This document shows positions 20,791 to 32,195 of a stretch of DNA of 34,111 nucleotides, piece after piece. The number at the start of each line of letters is the position of its first letter. Position 1 is the stretch's first letter. The notes under the pieces are model-generated. The model saw nothing but the letters and a program-made list of their open reading frames with translations, was not told the DNA's origin and made no database searches. Where the stretch lies: positions 15,058,969 through 15,093,079 of the forward strand of contig NC_057719.1 in the NCBI RefSeq assembly GCF_004010195.1. The letters run 5' to 3'. The DNA comes from Chiloscyllium plagiosum. Its lineage: Eukaryota. The position numbers and the translations under genes are program-made.

Positions 20791-21979
20791 GGTATTCTGT
20801 TTTGCACATCTCTGACATTGAATATAATTTCTCCAGCCACTTTCTCTTAATGTGATTATATATTCACCTTCCTTTATCGCTGTTTTAAATCCACAGTATC
20901 TCAATATTGTCTGTAATCTGGTTTTAATCTTTCTGTGGATAATTGCTGACTTAATCTTTTGTCTGTTAGATTTAATAAATCTGTATTATAGAAATGCCGC
21001 CTACTTGTCCTTGTTTTACAAGCTTTTAAAAGCTGTATTATAGCAATGTTACATTATTTTTTCCAAGAAAGCTTCTGAGTTTATGTTGTTAAGTATTTAC
21101 TGACTCTTAAAGCCATAAATTTTGTTAAATAGCAATCCGTATCTCTGGACAGCTTGCTGGGAACTCTGCCATTTTTGCTATCACAAAGGTCATTTCCCAC
21201 ATCCTATGGGGAAAGAATGGATATTTTCTTACCTTCTGGCATATGGATGGGTGTTTTCTTCCCCATCTTTCCCACCTCTCACATCCTAATAAACAATGCA
21301 TGACTGTTTTCTGGAATGTTGAAATAAACTTCTTTGGCTGTGGCCTTAATGAATCTTCCCACTAATTCAACATAACTTCTGAATTTACCACAATCATGAA
21401 GTGCTTTTAGCCATCTTTTGTTCTGTCAGAATCTGCCATCTCAATCATTTAAGTTACTTCTTTGTTGCAATAAATCTGCTCCACAACATTCCTGATGCTT
21501 CAGCCTCAGTATTAATTAAGTTAATGATCTTTGACTTGATTATTGCTGCTTGCCTCTTGGTGCCCATTCCTGATGGCAGCAATGCGAATTGTGAATGTTT
21601 TACCTTAACACGTCATAGCCTGATCCCTTGTGCCACTAATTCAAACTTTACCCCCTTGCACACAGCAATTCTTAATCTTCCTCAGGTTGCTTTAAAATAG
21701 TGACTTCCCCACCTTACCTTTGCCCCCCTGGCAAGCCCTTCTTGTTTAGGGGCTCTGATTGCCCCTTACCAGCTCTGGGGTCTAGGTTGTATCTGGAGTG
21801 CTACTTTTGCCTTGCCACTCCTTCATGAGATTTTCTGTTTGCCTGTCTGTCTGACAATTGTGGTAAACTCAACATCTTCTGAAATATTGTTTTCCTGAAT
21901 GAAATGGATCTCTCCTCCATTGTTACCTTAAGGTACTTAAACAAAGATTCTCCCACTGATCATCATGACAAATGAGCCG

Positions 21980-22152
21980 TGGAGTCTAAAGTATGGTGTT
22001 AGAAAAGCACGGCAGGTCAGGCAGCATCCAAGGAGCAGGAGAATCGACGAGTTGGGCATAAGCCTTTCATCAGGAATGAGCCTTGTGGGCCGGGGAGGGC
22101 TGAGAGATAAATGGGAGGGGGATGGGGTTGAGGGGGGGGGGAAGGTAGCTGA
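21980..22152 (-). mobile_element. Penelope-like terminal fragment with mutated hammerhead
   Basis: Reverse-complement homologue of ~16945-17110. CTGATGA is present but GAAA is lost. Confidence 0.8.
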
Positions 22153-22184
22153 TAAGCTGTGGAGTCAACCACTGCCAACTAATA

Positions 22185-22470
22185 GGATCACAGAATCCCT
22201 CCAGTATGCGAGCAGGCTATTCAACCCATCCAAACCCATCCCCTGTAACACTGCACTTCCCTTGGCGAACCTACACGTTCCTGGACACTATAGAATGACC
22301 AATCCACCCAACCTGCACATCTTTCAACTGTGGGAGAAAACCAGAACACTCAGTAGAAACCCACACAGACAGGGGGAGAACATGCAAATTCCACACAGAG
22401 AAGGTCACTCGAGGGTGGAATTGAACCCAGGCCCCTGGTGCTGTGAGGTAGCAGTGCTAATCATTGAATC
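22185..22470 (-). mobile_element. HE1-type SINE
   Basis: Antisense tRNA head (ggaattgaacccagg...ctgtgaggtagcagtgctaa) and V-domain. Confidence 0.85.
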
Positions 22471-22474
22471 ACAG

Positions 22475-22608
22475 AATTAGATTACTTACAGTGTGGAAAC
22501 AGGCCCTTCGGCCCAACAAGTCCACACCAACCCTTAACCCACCCAGACCCATTCCCCTACATTTATCCCTTCACCTAACACTACGGTCAGTTTAGTGTGG
22601 CCAATTGA
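22475..22608 (-). mobile_element. 5'-truncated HE1-type SINE
   Basis: attagatt tail followed by acagtgtggaaacaggcccttcggccc. Confidence 0.85.
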
Positions 22609-23847
22609 CCATAAGTACATCTTAACAAGAAGAATTGTCTGAATACCAAAACGTGTAGCTTATTTCACAGTGGCAATGGGTACAAGTTACATTGGCTGTT
22701 TAGATACAATTAAAAAGACTATCAGAGACGATACAAATGACCTAAAAAAGCATTTCAAGAGCCATTGCCACAATTACCTCCAGAAACTGTCTACAGTAAA
22801 CTGGATAAATCTCTTAGAAGATACATCAGAGAGGTGTTCAAAAATAATATAATGTGATAAAAATGCAATCTCTACTATAAAAAGGGCAGTAACAGTACTT
22901 CCCAGAAACAAATGTTAGAAATGAAATGAGCATTTTTTTAAAAAATGTAAGTACAGAAATGGAAAAACTTGCATAGGACCTGTTACACGTGAAAAATACA
23001 AACAAGGCCATGTAGGTGACAGAATTTGCAAGAAAGGTGCATGAACAGACCCTTTCAAGTCATAATAAAATCAAAAACATTACAATTGTATTAGGGAAAA
23101 GGAGCTAACTGAAAACTGATAATGGGAATATCCTCAACACAGAGGAGCAATTACTCTGTGTAAGTATTTGTAGTGGAGGAACAGGATAATATGCAAGATA
23201 TCCCAATGAAGTTACCATTAAATCAGGGACCAATTATCACCCAAATTAATGCAAGCTAAGTAACTGCTGAAGAAAGTAATGGCATTGAAGAGTAATCATT
23301 CCACAGACCAGATTATTCCCAGGCCTGGCTTTTAAAGAGGATAGGTGAGAACATTGCAGACGCCCTTGCCACAATCTTCCAAAATGCTCTTAATATAGGA
23401 ACTGTTCCTTTGCATTGAAGGATATGTACATCGTTGCACTATTTAAGATAGGTGGCAATGGGAATAGAGGGAAGTATAGATCATTTAGCTGTTGTCAGAA
23501 AATTACTAGAGCCTGTATTTAAAGTTAGAGTGACTGAACATGGTGAACATTTTCAGCTAGTGAGAGCCAATGTAGATTGTAAAGACCCAATGAACCAATG
23601 GAATTTCTTTTGAAGAGGCAACTTTTGTATTTTGGTGGGGAATTGTTGGTTAATGTTGAAGCTCATTGTATTGAAGGAAAATTATTGACCTGGTTAGGAA
23701 ATTGGCTGATTGGCAGGAGACATTTTACAGATAGTGGCCAGGCAATCTAATTGGTAGAATGTTACTAGAACTGACCCATTATGATCTGTGTTGGGGACTG
23801 TACTATACACCAACAATGGAGATGTTGGAAAAGCAAATCTAAGTTTG

Positions 23848-24125
23848 AAATAACATCTGAAGTTTCAGCTTTATTTCTTTACTTTCTACTTAAAACTAAG
23901 AAGGTCTGCAATGTGTAACTTTTAACCTTATTTGTTATGTTTTATGCTACACTATGATTACTGCAGTGTTTAATTTTAACTTTGTTCTTTCTCTCTCCCT
24001 TATTCTTAAGATTCTGTACCTACATACCTGTACCTAAGAAGGCACCTTGTGTGGCAATATTATACACTTTTTACTGTACTCCTGTACTTTTGTACTTGAG
24101 TACTTGTGGCAATAAAAATCAAATA
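23848..24125 (+). mobile_element. Rex1/Babar-like 3' UTR-only insertion
   Basis: Ends cactttttactgtac...caataaaaatcaaa, similar to 1355-1400. TSD aaatctaagtttg (23835-23847) / aaatcaaagtttg (24126-24138). Confidence 0.55.
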
Positions 24126-24394
24126 AAATCAAAGTTTGTTGATGACACAAAGAAAGACAGCATTGTTAAATTCGTAACTGGAAGCATAAAATTACAAGAT
24201 TGATAGATTCCACAAATATACAATAATCATGGAAATAGATTTCAGTTTGGCAGATGTGAGGGCATGTGAAGGCATAAGAGGTAGAAAAAGGTTATTTCTA
24301 AATGGTAAAGTGTTAGAACCACTGGAAATCTGAATAGACTTGGGAATCCTGGTACATTGATCATCAAATTGACATGAACGGGATACAGGAAACA

Positions 24395-24707
24395 ATTAGA
24401 TTAGATTCCCTACAGTGCAGAAACAGGCCTTTCAGTCCAACAAGTCTGCACTGACCCTCTGAAGAGTCTTTGCCTTCTTTTATCCTTGACTAATGCACCT
24501 AACACTATGGGCAATTTAGCTTGGCCAATTCACCTGGCCTGCACGTCTTTTAGAATGTGGGAGGAAACCAGAGCACCTGGAGGAAACCCACATAGACACA
24601 GGAAGAATTTGCAAACTCTACACAGACAGTTGCCCAAGACAGTATTCGAACCTGGGACCCTGGCGCTGTGAGGCAGCAGTGCTAACCACTGAGCTGCCTT
24701 GCCACAT
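24395..24707 (-). mobile_element. HE1-type SINE, full length
   Basis: (ATTAG)n tail, V-domain, and antisense B-box attcgaacc and A-box ccactgagct. Confidence 0.9.
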
Positions 24708-25389
24708 CCAAATTAGCCAAAATGGAATCCTTATAAAACACAGAGGACTAGAATATAAGGGACAAAATTCTTGCTATAGCCCTGGTTAGCCAAGCAGGAG
24801 GTTGGAAGAACACAGTAAGCCCTGGTTAGACTACACTTGGAATACTGTGAGTCATTCTGGTCTCCATTCTTTAGGTAGGATATATTGGATTTGGACAGAG
24901 TACAGAGTTGATTTACTAGAATAGTACCTGGATTGCAATTGTTAATTATAAAAAGGTTTTACTTAATCCAGGGTTGCATAACCTGGAATTTTGGACATTT
25001 AATCAAAGTTTTCAGATTATTAAGGAGGAGATAGAGATAAACCCTTTGTGGAGTCTAGAATTTGGGAGGCAAGGTCTAAATATTTCAGCCAGATCCCTTG
25101 GGAGTAAAGTTATGAAATGCTTATCCACACAAAGGGCAACGTATGCCTGGAATTAACCTCCAAAAATGGTAATTGTTGCCAATTTAGTGATTAATTTTAA
25201 TTCCGGGATTGATAAGATTTTTTTTTAGCAAGATGTTATGGGATATAGAACCAAAGCAGATATATGGAGTTAGGGCACGGTTCAGCTGTGATCAGCTAGA
25301 ATACTGAAATAGGCTGACGGGGCCAAAGACCTGTTCCTATCACTATGTTCCTCTCTTCCATTATCAGAGGCACATCTTTCAAAACATGA

Positions 25390-25600
25390 CGGATATTCTA
25401 AAGATTCAAATGGATGTTAAATATTTGACAAGACCATATATCCTCATCAACATTACTCATCTAATCAAATACAAAGGAGTGGTCAGCTGACTCATTGCTA
25501 TCCATGAAGTTAAGCTGTGTACAAAATGGCTTTCATAATTGTGTGATAAAAGTCACAACTTCAAGAGAATTAACTTTGAGACATATCTTGAATATATTAA
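25390..25600 (+). mobile_element. Highly decayed DeuSINE-like fragment
   Basis: atatatcctcatcaacattact...ctcattgct...gctgtgtacaaaatggct...cacaacttcaa...ctttgagacat follows the order of the Deu-domain and tail as I recall them. Confidence 0.45.
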
Positions 25601-25634
25601 TTATGTTTAGTTAAGTAGGCAATAAGTAAAATCG

Positions 25635-26180
25635 TTATAGCAGGCCAATCAACACAGCGAGTCAGCACCAACCCTCCAAACAGCATCCTACCCAGGCCCA
25701 CCCCTGCAGTTTCCCATAGCTAATCGACTTATCCTCACATCTTTGGATGATGAAAGAAAATCCAAACAGCCGCAGACAGAATGTGCAAACTTCACAGACA
25801 GTTGCCCAAGTGTTAGGGTGGCTCAGTATTTAGCACTGCTGCCTCACAGCGCTAGGGACCTGGATTCAATTCCCGCCTCAGGCAACTGTCTGTGTGGAGT
25901 TTGCACATTCTCCCCAAGTCTGCGTGGGTTTCCTCTGGGTGCTCCAGTATCCTCCCACAATCCAAAGATGTGAGGTCAGGTGAATTGGCAATACTAAATT
26001 GCCCAAAGTATTTGGTGCATTATTCAGGGGTAAATATAGGGTAGGGGAATGGGTCTGGGTGGGTTACACTTCGGAGGGTCGGTGTGGACTTTCTGGGCCA
26101 AAGGGCCTGTTTCCATACTGTAGGGAATCTAATCTAAATTCCGGTCCCCAGCAATGCTAACCACTGAGCCATGGTGCTGC
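25635..26180 (-). mobile_element. Older HE1-type SINE split by a younger opposite-strand copy
   Basis: The antisense body ends ...cacagacagttgcccaag at ~25810 and the head resumes at ~26140 (cagcaatgctaaccactgagcca). Confidence 0.7.
25815..26138 (+). mobile_element. HE1-type SINE, full length
   Basis: A-box tggctcagtatt (25819-25830), B-box ggattcaattcc (25862-25873), V-domain, CR1-like tail and (AATCT)n. Confidence 0.92.
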
Positions 26181-28327
26181 TTAAATGGTAAGACAGATTT
26201 TCAAAGAAACACTGGAGAAAAGGCACTTGTGGAGAATTGAGGTACGGAAGTATCCTTCATAAGCGGCTATGCTTCAGAGTTTGTGAACACATGGGAGAAA
26301 ATATGCAGGAAGAACATCAAGGAAGTACATAAAATTACTCAGCCAACAGAAAAGGTCTGTCCATGTTCAGAGAACATTGCAGAATGTAATGCGATACTAT
26401 TGGGAGCAAAATGTATCTGATGAAGACTGAGATTTCACCTTTAAAGTGACATGCTTTTGCATATCTCTGTTCAACCCCTCAGGATGAGCCACCTTATAGC
26501 TAATTGGATACGTCTTGGTGTATGCACCCATAAAATGGAATATATCGATTTTTTACTGAATGTGTAAAATTCGATAAACAAGCAGCAAATGAAATGGAAG
26601 TCAAAGTTCATCTAAATTCTTAGCAGTTATTTTTCAAGTTAAAAATAACGTATTAAAATAACAGGTATGATTTGAGTTTAATTACCAACACACATTTTTC
26701 TTGTCCTGTTTTCTCAAGATGCTGCTTCCATAATGACAGTTAGGTGACTCCTAACTATTGTCTCGTATCCTTCAAATCATCCACTACAGACAATCAAACA
26801 GGACACCAGCATCTTTTGGCCACAATAGAATTCAGGATGTTTAACTTTTGGGTTTTAATATAGTAGATGTTGGCTATCAGAATTGTAAAAGCACATTACT
26901 TAGCTCAAGAGGTTTACTAAAGGAGTATAAAAACAAGATAAATACTTTCAAAGAATATTAAACAATGTCTGTCATGTCAGATGTGCTACAGAAAGTTGAA
27001 GAGAAAAGTTAAGTTATGACTCATGAGAAAGGGAATTTACTGAACAAGGATCAAGGAGTGGAAATAGACCCCATATGGGCAGGGATAAAAGGGGAGAGTC
27101 GGGCACTGAACCAAGGAAAGGCAAGAAAAGGGAAACGTATTTAAGGCAGACATTCCGTAATCCAGGGTTAGTTGTTCAGGAGTTTTATCTTTCCGCGAAT
27201 ATATGCTGGCAGCACGACCTACTGAACAAACCACTGATGACAGACTGTAAGCAAGTCTGAGACATTTGTGCATTTGACAAAAATGTTCTCAATATGAATT
27301 AAAATAAAAACTTTTAAGTGAAGTACAAATAATTAATGGGATAATCCTCAAACTCCCAGCAGGAGTACTCATTAGACTTGCTGGTTAATTGTTCATTTAT
27401 ATTGTCCAGATGGTTGTTCAGATTAAATTGGACTTCAGATCCAGACATTCATTAAAATGTCAAATGTCTAAGCTTAGTTTCATGAACTGCAAGAACTTCA
27501 TTTACATGTGCTCCTATTCAACTGCCAGACAACTTAATAACATGTAGACTAGGTGTAAAGGGGGACAAGAACATGCCTATAAGTACACATCACCACACTG
27601 ATACAACATTCAGAAACATAGCAATTAGACTCTTGGACATGACAAATGTATGAAACTTAACTGGAACTTAGGTTGAGAGCGACTGATTTTGAAGGATTTT
27701 AAGCACGTATCCATATTATCAGGAAAATCTGATGTATAATTATTACAGTGAGCAAAGCATGATAGCTTTAAACTTGATTCTATATCTCTAGTGGTGTTGA
27801 ATTTCCACATGAGTTACTTATTTCACACAAGCACTTCATATTCTGAGGGGATCTCCATGGGGAATATTCTGCAAACTAACATTCATTGTAATGTGGATTA
27901 TTTTCTCACAAATATGAATTGAGAAATAGATTAAATCAGAATGAAAATGATTGTCAGCAAGGAGCAGCTCCATTGTACTGGTTCTTTATCACAGAGTTTA
28001 TACAGTGGTTGGTCACAAGTTCATGCCTGCAATTCTTCACACTGTGCTGTAATGTATCTCTGTCACTTTTGAGTTACATTGTGGAGAGTGAAATCAAAGA
28101 TAGTCCATGCATTTTTCTTCGTCTATTTTCTTCCCAACATTTGGGTTCTCATTAGCATTTATGCCAACAGATGAATATTATTGTATGCAATCTTACAGGG
28201 ATCTGAGCAACATGGGCTGTGGATGAGGCACGTGGCAGAATCAAGTGAGAATTCAAAGTTTGGGAGAAGATTTGTAGCTCGGGTGCTCGTTGTTGTGGTT
28301 CTGTTCGCCGAGCTCGGAATTTGTGTT

Positions 28328-28367
28328 GCAGACGTTTCTTCCCCTGTCTAGGTGACATCCTCAGTGC
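28328..28367 (-). ncRNA. Hammerhead ribozyme motif in the PLE 3' terminus
   Basis: GCA-CTGAGGA-T-GTCACCTAGACAGGGGAA-GAAA-CG-TC-TGC. One substitution breaks the first stem II pair. Confidence 0.6.
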
Positions 28368-29118
28368 TTGGGAGCCTCCTGTGAAGCGCTTCTGTGATCT
28401 TTCCTCCGGCATTTGTAGTGGTTTGAATCTGTCGCTTCCGGTTGTCAGTTCCAGCTGTCCGTTGCAGTGGCCGATATATTGGGTCCAGTCGATGTGCTTA
28501 TTGATTGAATCTGTGGATGAGTGCCATGCCTCTAGGAATTCCCTGGTTGTTCTCTGTTTGGCTTGTCCTATAATAGTAGTGTTGTCCCAGTCGAACTCAT
28601 GTTGCTTGTCATCTGCGTGTGTGGCTACTAAGGATAGCTGGTCGTGTCGTTTCATGGCTAGTTGGTGTTCATGAATGCGGATCGTTAGCTGTCTTCCTGT
28701 TTGTCCTGTGTAGTGTTTTGTGCAGTCCTTGCATGGGATTTTGTACACTACATTGGTTTTGCTCATGCTGGGTATCGGGTCCTTCATTCTGATGCGTTGT
28801 TGTCTGAGAGTGGCTGTTGGTTTGTGTGCTGTTACGAGTCCTAGTGGTCGCAGTAGTCTGGCTGTCAGTTCGGAAATGCTCTTGATGTATGGTAGTGTGG
28901 CTAGTCCTTTGGGTTGCGGCATATCCTTGTTCCATTGTCTTTCCCTTAGGCATCTGTTGATGAAATTGCACAGTTATCCGTTTTTGGCGAATACATTGTA
29001 TAGGTGTTCTTCTTCCTCTTTTTGCAGTTCTGGTGTACTGCAGTGTGTTGTGGCCCTTTTGAATAGTGTCTTAATGCAACTTCTTTTGTGTGTGTTGGGG
29101 TGGTTGCTTTCGTAGTGA

Positions 29119-29158
29119 GCACTGAGGATGTCACCTAGACAGGGGACGAAACGTCTGC
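29119..29158 (+). ncRNA. Hammerhead ribozyme motif in the inverted PLE segment
   Basis: GCA-CTGAGGA(29122-29128)-T-GTC-A-CCT-AGAC-AGG-G-GAC-GAAA(29148-29151)-CG-TC-TGC. Stem I GCA/TGC, GUC cleavage triplet. Confidence 0.75.
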
Positions 29159-30409
29159 AACACAAATTCAAGTGAGAATTTTGGTGCAGCCCATCTCAAT
29201 ATCAGGAGCAGCTTATTCCATCTTTTTAAGCTTTTCACAAGTGACGTGGCAAGTTTCTCACTGGGCAGCTGCAAATTGCTGATTAAGGAGGATTATTGCT
29301 TATTAACTACCTTGTTAACAGCTTAATTTAGCTTCCAATCTTACCAAACTTGCCAAACAAGCTGGGCATTGAGAGAACTTGATATAGGAACCAAAGTGGG
29401 CACCAACTCATCACTTGCTCCCAATGACTTCCATATTGTGTTCCATCAAACTGTAGCCCAATCCACAGGCACTAGCCTACCTTAGCCCTCATCCACAATT
29501 ATTGGCAACCAACATTTACCAACTTCTCATGACCACCATATCACCTCTCCCACACACTGGCAGAGTGCTCAGAATGCACAGACTTGCACTGCAGGACAGT
29601 GAGCATTGGAAGGATGGAGCAGTGGAAGCTTGTACATATGGACAGGCATCCAGCTCAGTGATTGGACCTGGCTGCATCTCAGGGCTGCTTGCTTGCTCTC
29701 TTACTGTTAACTCACTTAGTGCCTACCTGCCAACTTGCAGCATCCACGACCTGCCTTGCTTTCCCATTATAATGAGTGCAGTCACACAACCAAACATCTC
29801 GCCTTGCTGGTTAGCAATCCTCTGTCAAGAGGTCATACAATTTGCTGCACAACAGTGTGCTACATTTATCTCTCATCTCCACTATGAATCAGCTGCTTAT
29901 GAGGCAAAAACACTGCAATGTGCTGAAAGCAGGGTGGGGGGAGTAGTTCTCACTAAAATCCATAGAGTCAGGGCGTCAGTCAGTCAGGTGGTCTGGGCTC
30001 AATAAATCAAGGGCTGCCTCTGATACAAGTCCGGTGGATTGGCTGTGGTCAGGGGTCTGGAAGTAGTGTCCTCATCAAGGACGCCTGTGTCCTCTGTAGT
30101 CCAGGGAGTGGGTCACCGCACACAGTAAGATGGGGTCAGAATCAAGTTTTTATTTGCAGACAGTAAAAGCAAACACATTCAAAATCAGCGGCTGAAGCTT
30201 ACCCTCACAATACAAACCAGATTTCAACATCAGGCCCAAAGATTATTTTACAGTCACTGATTGTCTGCTGCAGCCGACTTTCATCTATTGGAAGCAGGTG
30301 TCAATAAGGTTCTGTCTGGCTCAAAACACCCAATCCAGCCAAGCTCTGTCACAGATAAAGATATCTACCTCAGATGGCTATTCCCAATCCCTCCGTTCCT
30401 CAACATTTA

Positions 30410-31320
30410 GGATGTCACCTCATTGCCTGCTCCAAGTGTGTAGAACATAGTACGCCAGGGTGATGTGGCACATTCTGTCTAGACTGTATTAGAGGGCATT
30501 CACCCAGACCAGTCCAGGCATCAGAATTGCATCTTCATCAGCCCCATTGTCTGCTCCATCAAGTCCCTAGTTGAAGCAGGGCTGGCATTGTATCTGAGCT
30601 CCACATCAGTCATGGATTATGCAAAAGCATCTTGAGCCATTGTCAAAGCGAGTAGGCATAATCCTCCAGCTTTGAAAGGCATCTGGGCCCCCAAATGTAC
30701 CAGGTACATGAGGGTACTCCAGGACATTAGAATCATGACAGCTGCCAAGTTAGAGGGTACACCTCCAGAAAAATGTGCAGGTTAGGTGAATTGGCCATGC
30801 TAAATTGCCCATAGTGTTAGGCGAAGGGGTAAATGTAGGGGAATGGGTCTGGGTGGGTTGCGCTTCGGCGGGTCGGTGTGGACTCGTTTCCACACTGTAA
30901 GTAAGTTAAAAAAAAATGGTAACCATGATCACAGATCAGCTGGACACTGATCGGATGAAAGCCCTCCCTGCTGGTGAATTTTGCAGTGTGGTGAGTGCAG
31001 CCAATGACACCCTGCGCCTGTGGGTGGGGCAATGACATGAAGCGATATGGAATCGGTCACTAATACATTTGTGTTTGCAAGACTGAGAGATTCCACACAG
31101 GTCGGCCGTCACTGCTTTCAATGGCAGCAGAGGCCTTCATCAGCCCAGGACATAAAGACTTCCCATTCCTGCAGCCCTTCGGTCTCGCTCCGACAATTGA
31201 CATTGTTCTGTCAGAGTGTCCCAGGACATATGGTACCTTCTCAATCATCGTCAGGAAGTGGAGCTTGGGATCAGAAAACACTGGGCCTCCTGTGCACCCA
31301 GTATGAGGGCCCTGCAGTAG
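30410..31320 (-). pseudogene. PIF/Harbinger (HARBI1-like) DDE transposase pseudogene
   Basis: Ordered motifs TADLCGISQSCKHKCI, QGVIGCTH, REGFHPISVQLICDH, LGSCHDSNVL, RYNASPASTRDLMEQTMGLMKMQF*CLDWSG, YSLDRMCHITLAYYVLH. Many frameshifts and stops. Confidence 0.88.
30776..30911 (+). mobile_element. 5'-truncated HE1-type SINE inside the transposase
   Basis: ggttaggtgaattggccatgctaaattgccc... with TSD aaaaatg (30769-30775 / 30912-30918). Confidence 0.9.
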
Positions 31321-31751
31321 TGATCTTTCCCCAGCTGGGTGCTCCTTGTCTTGAGTGTGAGGGTGCAAGTATTGCTCTTGGGCTGTTATTCCTGGTCCTT
31401 TTACATCTGCCCTCACCTCCTTAGGTGATGGCTGGATCATCACTCTCAGTAGCAATGAGTTAAAATGGGAAGAAAAGGAATGAAAGAGGTTCTCAGATTC
31501 TACATCAGTCATTAGTGCCATTCCCTGCAGTTTGAGGGCTGAGCCCAAAGCGCCCCCTGCTGACAAGGGACATGTCTCCATCACTCACTCAGCTCCAGCC
31601 TCAGCCTGTGCAACAACTTCGTGAAGGGGCCAGGCCAGGTTGAGTCACGCCCAATGTCATTGAGACGGGAGAGCCTGCTGCATTCTTCCTGCACTCACAG
31701 CCACATCACATTCTCGCTGCATTCAGTACAGACTCACATTTCACAATCCAG

Positions 31752-31921
31752 GGAGAACGTGAGGACTGCAGGTGCTGAAAATCAGAGTCAAAAAGCATGG
31801 CGCTGGAAAAGCACAGCAAGTCAGATCAGGATGAAAGGCTTATGCCCAAAACATTGATTCTCCTGCTCCTCGGATGCTGCCTGACCTGTTGTGCTTTTCC
31901 AGCACCACACATTTTGACAAT
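31752..31921. mobile_element. PLE-derived fold-back mini-insertion
   Basis: Arms gtcaaaa...gctggaaaagcacagcaagtcag / ctgacctgttgtgcttttccagc...ttttgac, with a decayed HHR between them. TSD caatccag (31744-31751 / 31922-31929). Confidence 0.8.
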
Positions 31922-32195
31922 CAATCCAGAGACTCTACTAATATTTCACAGACCCAGATTTGAATCCTACCATGGAAGTTAGTAAAATTTGAATTCAATT
32001 TAAGATATCTAGAATTAAGAGTCTAATTTAACATTGAAACCATTGTTGATAGCTACAGAAGAACACATCATTAATGTTCTTTGTGAAGGAAACTGCCATT
32101 CTACTTGGTCTGGCCTGCATGTGACTCCAGACCCATGGCAATGTGGTCGACTCTTAACTGCCCTATAGGCAATTGAGAATGGGCAATAAATGCTG
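31922..32195 (+). mobile_element. SINE-like element sharing its body with the 5' region of the adjacent CR1-like LINE
   Basis: B-box-like gatttgaatcc. ~32072-32165 matches ~32400-32500. Ends gggcaataaatgctg. Confidence 0.65.

Larger units (their letters stand above)
22770..25350 (+). mobile_element. Old, heavily decayed CR1 LINE ORF2 with later insertions
   Basis: Ordered remnants: VNW (linker), IFQNALNIGTVPLH*R, YRSFS, WLGNWL, SKFVDDTK, LVRLHLEYCESFWSP, then a 3' UTR ending ...cctgttcctat..tatgttc. Confidence 0.75.
28254..29167 (-). mobile_element. 5'-truncated Penelope-like element: RT thumb plus GIY-YIG endonuclease, with an inverted terminal segment
   Basis: SNHPNTHKRSCIKTLFKRATTHCS...LPYIKSISELTARLLRPLG...NVVYKIPCKDCTKHYTGQTGRQLTIRIHEH...REFLEAWHS, with one in-frame stop. 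13-bp TSD tcaagtgagaatt (28241-28253 / 29168-29180). Confidence 0.95.

Noticed and set aside
25819..25880. tRNA gene
   Set aside because: The A/B boxes run directly into a SINE body and tail, so this is a SINE head.
27569..27578. p53-type half-site GAACATGCCT
   Set aside because: Single half-site without a good adjacent partner; expected by chance.
29502..30005. 167-aa plus-strand ORF as a functional gene
   Set aside because: Non-ATG start, no convincing domain, and it lies within a decayed transposon. At most a Myb-like remnant.
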